This document shows positions 39,731 through 42,868 of a stretch of 42,868 bases of DNA, in pieces. The stretch is taken from the NCBI GenBank assembly GCA_026134085.1, contig JAOQIN010000011.1:1-42868 (forward strand). The letters run 5' to 3'. This DNA is from Candidatus Methanoxibalbensis ujae. Lineage in GTDB: Archaea > Halobacteriota > Syntropharchaeia > Alkanophagales > Methanospirareceae. A program made the translations under genes and the position numbers. Each line of letters opens with the position of its first letter. Positions within the stretch are counted from its first letter, which is position 1. The notes under the pieces were generated by a model. It made no database searches. It saw nothing but the letters and a program-made list of their open reading frames with translations, and was not told the origin of the DNA.

Positions 39731-40819
39731 CTACTTAACTCTGCGAAGGAGATGAACAAGATAGGCGAGATAAGCGAGAAAGATAACCACAGTGGCGTTA
39801 AATAAAGGCAATTTTTTCCGCTCAGCATTTGATGATGCGCCCGGATTGGCGGTCTCATTGGATCCAGCAGATGTCTCAGAATCCGACATAGATGAAGAGG
39901 AATTTTCACTCTTTCTCACATATATGCCTTTCACTATATTTGAGCCGGATATTGTGATTTTATAGAACCCTATTTCATATAATTTGAGCTCAAAAGGAAC
40001 AGTTATTGTTGCATTTTCATTGAGTTTCACAGCAGCTTCTGCATATTTCTTCTCATTCACGAAAAGAGTTACATTATCTGTGCCAGAAGCTCCTTCATTC
40101 TTCACAACAACATAAACATAAACGCTCTCTCCAGGCTCAATTTCAAATTCGCTTGTTCTGACATCCAAAATGACGAACCTCGGCTTCAATTTCTCAGGTG
40201 GCGGTGATGGTGGAGCGCGCGCACGCTCAAGCGCTTCAAGTTCCTCCTTTGAGCACACACGGAAATACACCGTGCTATGCTCCCTTTTTGAATCCTGATA
40301 CGACTTTATCACATCTCCTTCCGAGCCCGACTCAAAAAACGATTTATAATAATCATATTTGCCCTCCTCAATTATTTTTGTTATGCTTGTCTCTCTGAAT
40401 TCTTCTTCTATTTCCCTTATTTTACTTGTATCTGCGCGATCATACGAATATATATCAAGTTCATATCTCCCATAAAGCCACCAGTTTGGTATTTCTTTCG
40501 TGTATAATATGAAAGCATTGTCATCATAATCCCTCCTTCTGACATCCATCTTATCCATTGAGACTATGTTGTCTCTCGGGTCTTTTATGATGAAAACGAA
40601 ATCAACGAAAACAAAACCATCATGATTCACATCTTTCATTTCCGCATACACTTTAAGTGTGTCGCCATGAGTGAATGTGATGTTGTTGCGCTGTGTGTAG
40701 TTCCCGTTTTCATCAGCATCCGCCACAATCACCGCCTTGAGCGCTGCTGTCGAAGGGATCGAAAACAGGAGTAGCAGGACCGCAGATGCGATGACCACCT
40801 GAACAGCATGCCCTCGCAT
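39731..40819 (-). CDS. surface protein with CARDB-like domain and C-terminal membrane anchor
   Basis: Signal peptide; VYVVVKNEGASG...LFVNEK module; Ser-rich linker; TM followed by RRVK. ORF is open to 40891. Confidence 0.78.
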   Translation of the reverse strand: MRGHAVQVVIASAVLLLLFSIPSTAALKAVIVADADENGNYTQRNNITFTHGDTLKVYAEMKDVNHDGFVFVDFVFIIKDPRDNIVSMDKMDVRRRDYDDNAFILYTKEIPNWWLYGRYELDIYSYDRADTSKIREIEEEFRETSITKIIEEGKYDYYKSFFESGSEGDVIKSYQDSKREHSTVYFRVCSKEELEALERARAPPSPPPEKLKPRFVILDVRTSEFEIEPGESVYVYVVVKNEGASGTDNVTLFVNEKKYAEAAVKLNENATITVPFELKLYEIGFYKITISGSNIVKGIYVRKSENSSSSMSDSETSAGSNETANPGASSNAERKKLPLFNATVVIFLAYLAYLVHLLRRVK

Positions 40820-41042
40820 ATCCTCAATACATCTTCCTGCCTTAATTAATTTTATGTATTGTGCATGTGTATTGTGCAATCCACCGCTCAACCATCGCTC
40901 AACATCTCAACTTATCCTCCCTCTCTCTCACACATCATTGCAAAGCATCATCGCAAAGCATCATTGCAGTGGCTTCCAGATGAGGGAGGGCAGAGGCCAG
41001 CAGTTTCTTCTTTTTATTTTTATAAAGTGATGAGAATAGGAT

Positions 41043-41318
41043 ATGGGAATGAGTGTGAAGGTGTATGTGCAGGAGCTGATAGATAAGAAGGTGGTGGATT
41101 CGGATGGGACGGAGATCGGGTCTCTGCACAGTATCACCGCAGATTCTGAGACGGGTTTTCTTCAGAAACTCCTCGTGAAGCCCTCAATGGCGCTTGATGC
41201 AAGCAAGTTTGAGAGATACAGCGATTTCATAATCATCCCTTTTGAGGCAGTGAAAGCGGTCAGGGATGTCATTGTGGTTGACAGCAGTAAAAGGCAAGCA
41301 CGCGGAAAGCGGGCGTGA
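41043..41318 (+). CDS. PRC-barrel domain protein
   Basis: ELIDKKVVDSDGTEIG...IPFEAVKAVRDVIVV. Confidence 0.9.
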   Translation: MGMSVKVYVQELIDKKVVDSDGTEIGSLHSITADSETGFLQKLLVKPSMALDASKFERYSDFIIIPFEAVKAVRDVIVVDSSKRQARGKRA

Positions 41319-41384
41319 CGGGATTCGAACCCGCGACTTGCAGCTTAGGAGGCTGCCGCCCTGTCCTGGCTAGGCCACACGCCC
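41310..41384 (-). tRNA. tRNA-Arg (anticodon CCT), intronless, CCA not encoded
   Basis: GGGCGTG/CACGCCC acceptor stem; anticodon arm GCAGC-CTCCTAA-GCTGC; T-loop GGTTCGAATCC. Confidence 0.97.
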
Positions 41385-41406
41385 ACTGAATATTTTGTTC
41401 TTCAAT

Positions 41407-41414
41407 TATTTATA
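41407..41414 (-). promoter_or_regulatory. TATA box of tRNA-Arg
   Basis: TATAAATA 23-30 nt upstream of the mature tRNA 5' end. Confidence 0.6.
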
Positions 41415-41879
41415 GCACTGCAACGTGAAGTGGGCAGATGCCATAACAGCGCATTACGGAACATCGCAGGAAGTCAGGGAGGGCGCATGCTGTGTTGCAT
41501 AAACGTCCTCGTATAGCTGTTCATCGGTGTCGTTTTAAGCATTCGTATCGTCTTTAGTTTTGACAAAGAACCTTTCCTCTCCCTCCTAAACGTCTTCTTA
41601 AAGGTTGCTTGATTACTTTTCCCGCCGTAATATTCTCTATGGGGCTTTTCAAGATTGTTTCCTCTTTCTCTCCAATCTCTTTCACCTCTCTTACTTCACC
41701 TCTCTTACGAAAGCTGATACTGTATTTCCTTCCGAACTTCTCAGATATCTGCAAGCTTATTCTCCTTCAAGATGTAAAACATCTCCTCGATAGGGAATTT
41801 GTTGTTTTCAAAGCAACTCAAGAAACACCTCTTTAACTATTAACTCATAATAATACCTTCACTTATTTTATTACGATGA

Positions 41880-42165
41880 AAAGATGAGCGAAAAAGAATA
41901 GCAACTTCGAGAGATTGAGGAGATTAAGAGCAAATATAGCGAGGGAAGAAAATGTTAAACCATTTATCGTTTTTATCGTTTTTCATAATTCCTAATTCCG
42001 TCCTAAAAGAAATAGCGACCAAGAAACCAACAACGAAGGAAGAACTGTTACTCATTAAGGGCATCAGTGATAAAAAAATGAAAAATAGAGAAATATAGGA
42101 AAAGGATTTTAAGTATGATTAAAGCTTATCTTAGTGAAAAAAAGCAAAGCGTAAATCAAAATGAT
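41880..42165 (+). pseudogene. HRDC-domain relic
   Basis: FERLRRLRANIAREENVKPFIVF[IVF]HNS / VLKEIATKKPTTKEELLLIKGISDKK / IEKYRKRIL; carries a 9-bp in-frame and a 7-bp frameshifting duplication (41966-41999). Confidence 0.8.
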
Positions 42166-42290
42166 AGGAGAGATAGTATGGTATATATAATCGAAATTTA
42201 TATAAGATCTCTGTGTTTGTATGTAAAAGGTGAAGTATGATACCTAAAATTTTTAAAAGTGTGGAAGAAAAGCTTAAGGGTGGTGTTTTT

Positions 42291-42789
42291 ATGGGATTGT
42301 TAGATAATCCTTTTGGTTTGAAATTGGTGGAAAAACCTCCAAAACCAAAATCGACGAGGAGGAATACTATAAGCAAAACGGAATGCGGAATGGGAAACCA
42401 CAAAAAGGACTTATGGGAATAAGTGCGTTCTCTGTGGGAAAACAGAAAAAGCTGTAGGAGAGTTACAAAAGGCGCATATTAAGGCAGCTTCAAAAGGTGG
42501 AACACAAGTATTACCTATGTGTCCAACATGTCATAGGAAATTTGATACGGGAAAATTAACGGATACGGAACTTAAAAAACTTGGACTGACAGGGACAAAA
42601 TATAATCGAATGATGCCCAAATCGGGCAAGAGAAAAAAGAAAAGTGCATCTTCCAAGCCTCAATCCACCTTTGATATACATTCGTTTACTCCATCTACAT
42701 TTACTCCTCCTTCGTTCAATTCACTTTTCGACACTACTCCAAAGAAAAAAGTCAAAAGAAGAAATGACGGTGATTTAAGAGGATTTTAA
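42291..42789 (+). pseudogene. HNH-type (His-Me) endonuclease split by one frameshift
   Basis: Removing one copy of CGGAATG (42379-42392) yields one ORF: ...ISKTEWETTKRTYGNKCVLCG...LQKAHIKAASKGGTQVLPMCPTCHRKFD... Confidence 0.8.
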
Positions 42790-42868
42790 TATTTAATATT
42801 GAAGCAGAAAGAAAATAGTTTTGAGAGTGCGAGCCATGCCCATAATATTTCTAATTACAAGAATTGAA

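Noticed and set aside
41310..41384. tRNA-Arg as a proven integration site, or an intron-containing tRNA
   Set aside because: I saw no duplicate tRNA fragment or integrase in the window; the AT-rich island is on the tRNA 5' side; the anticodon loop is a normal 7 nt.
42520..42534. CPTCH as a heme-binding CxxCH motif
   Set aside because: It is the second Zn pair of an HNH domain, preceded by CVLC in the same frame; there is no signal peptide.

Overview
Archaeal chromosomal window, most consistent with a Methanophagales (ANME-1)/Syntropharchaeia-type anaerobe. This is inferred from the mvhD-fdhB-hdrCBA cluster, several multiheme c-type cytochromes and archaeal-type housekeeping genes; no phylogeny was run. 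Housekeeping genes include aspS, aroK, pdxS, mtnA, trmI, rpl37ae-rpoP-pcc1, rqcH, ribC, trpA, an aminotransferase, rpl32e, moeA, radB and tRNA-Arg(CCT). There are also oxidative-stress genes (Fur/PerR, superoxide reductase), surface proteins, a heme-synthesis-like radical SAM enzyme, an Hdr operon with a two-module HdrA, and three multiheme cytochromes. Between these lie decayed islands: several IS200/IS605 tnpB relics and FN3, HRDC and HNH pseudogenes. Main points of interest: (1) a tandem pair of secreted, sequon-rich cytochromes resembling archaeal extracellular cytochrome nanowire subunits, one with a two-heme insertion, sharing a perfectly identical 125-bp 3' end; (2) a window-wide signature of 6-18 bp tandem duplications that breaks pseudogenes and lengthens protein loops; (3) an RpoP with a third CxxC pair and a 46-aa zinc-finger ORF, both below the ORF-track cutoff. 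All family assignments are by motif recognition, with no database searches.
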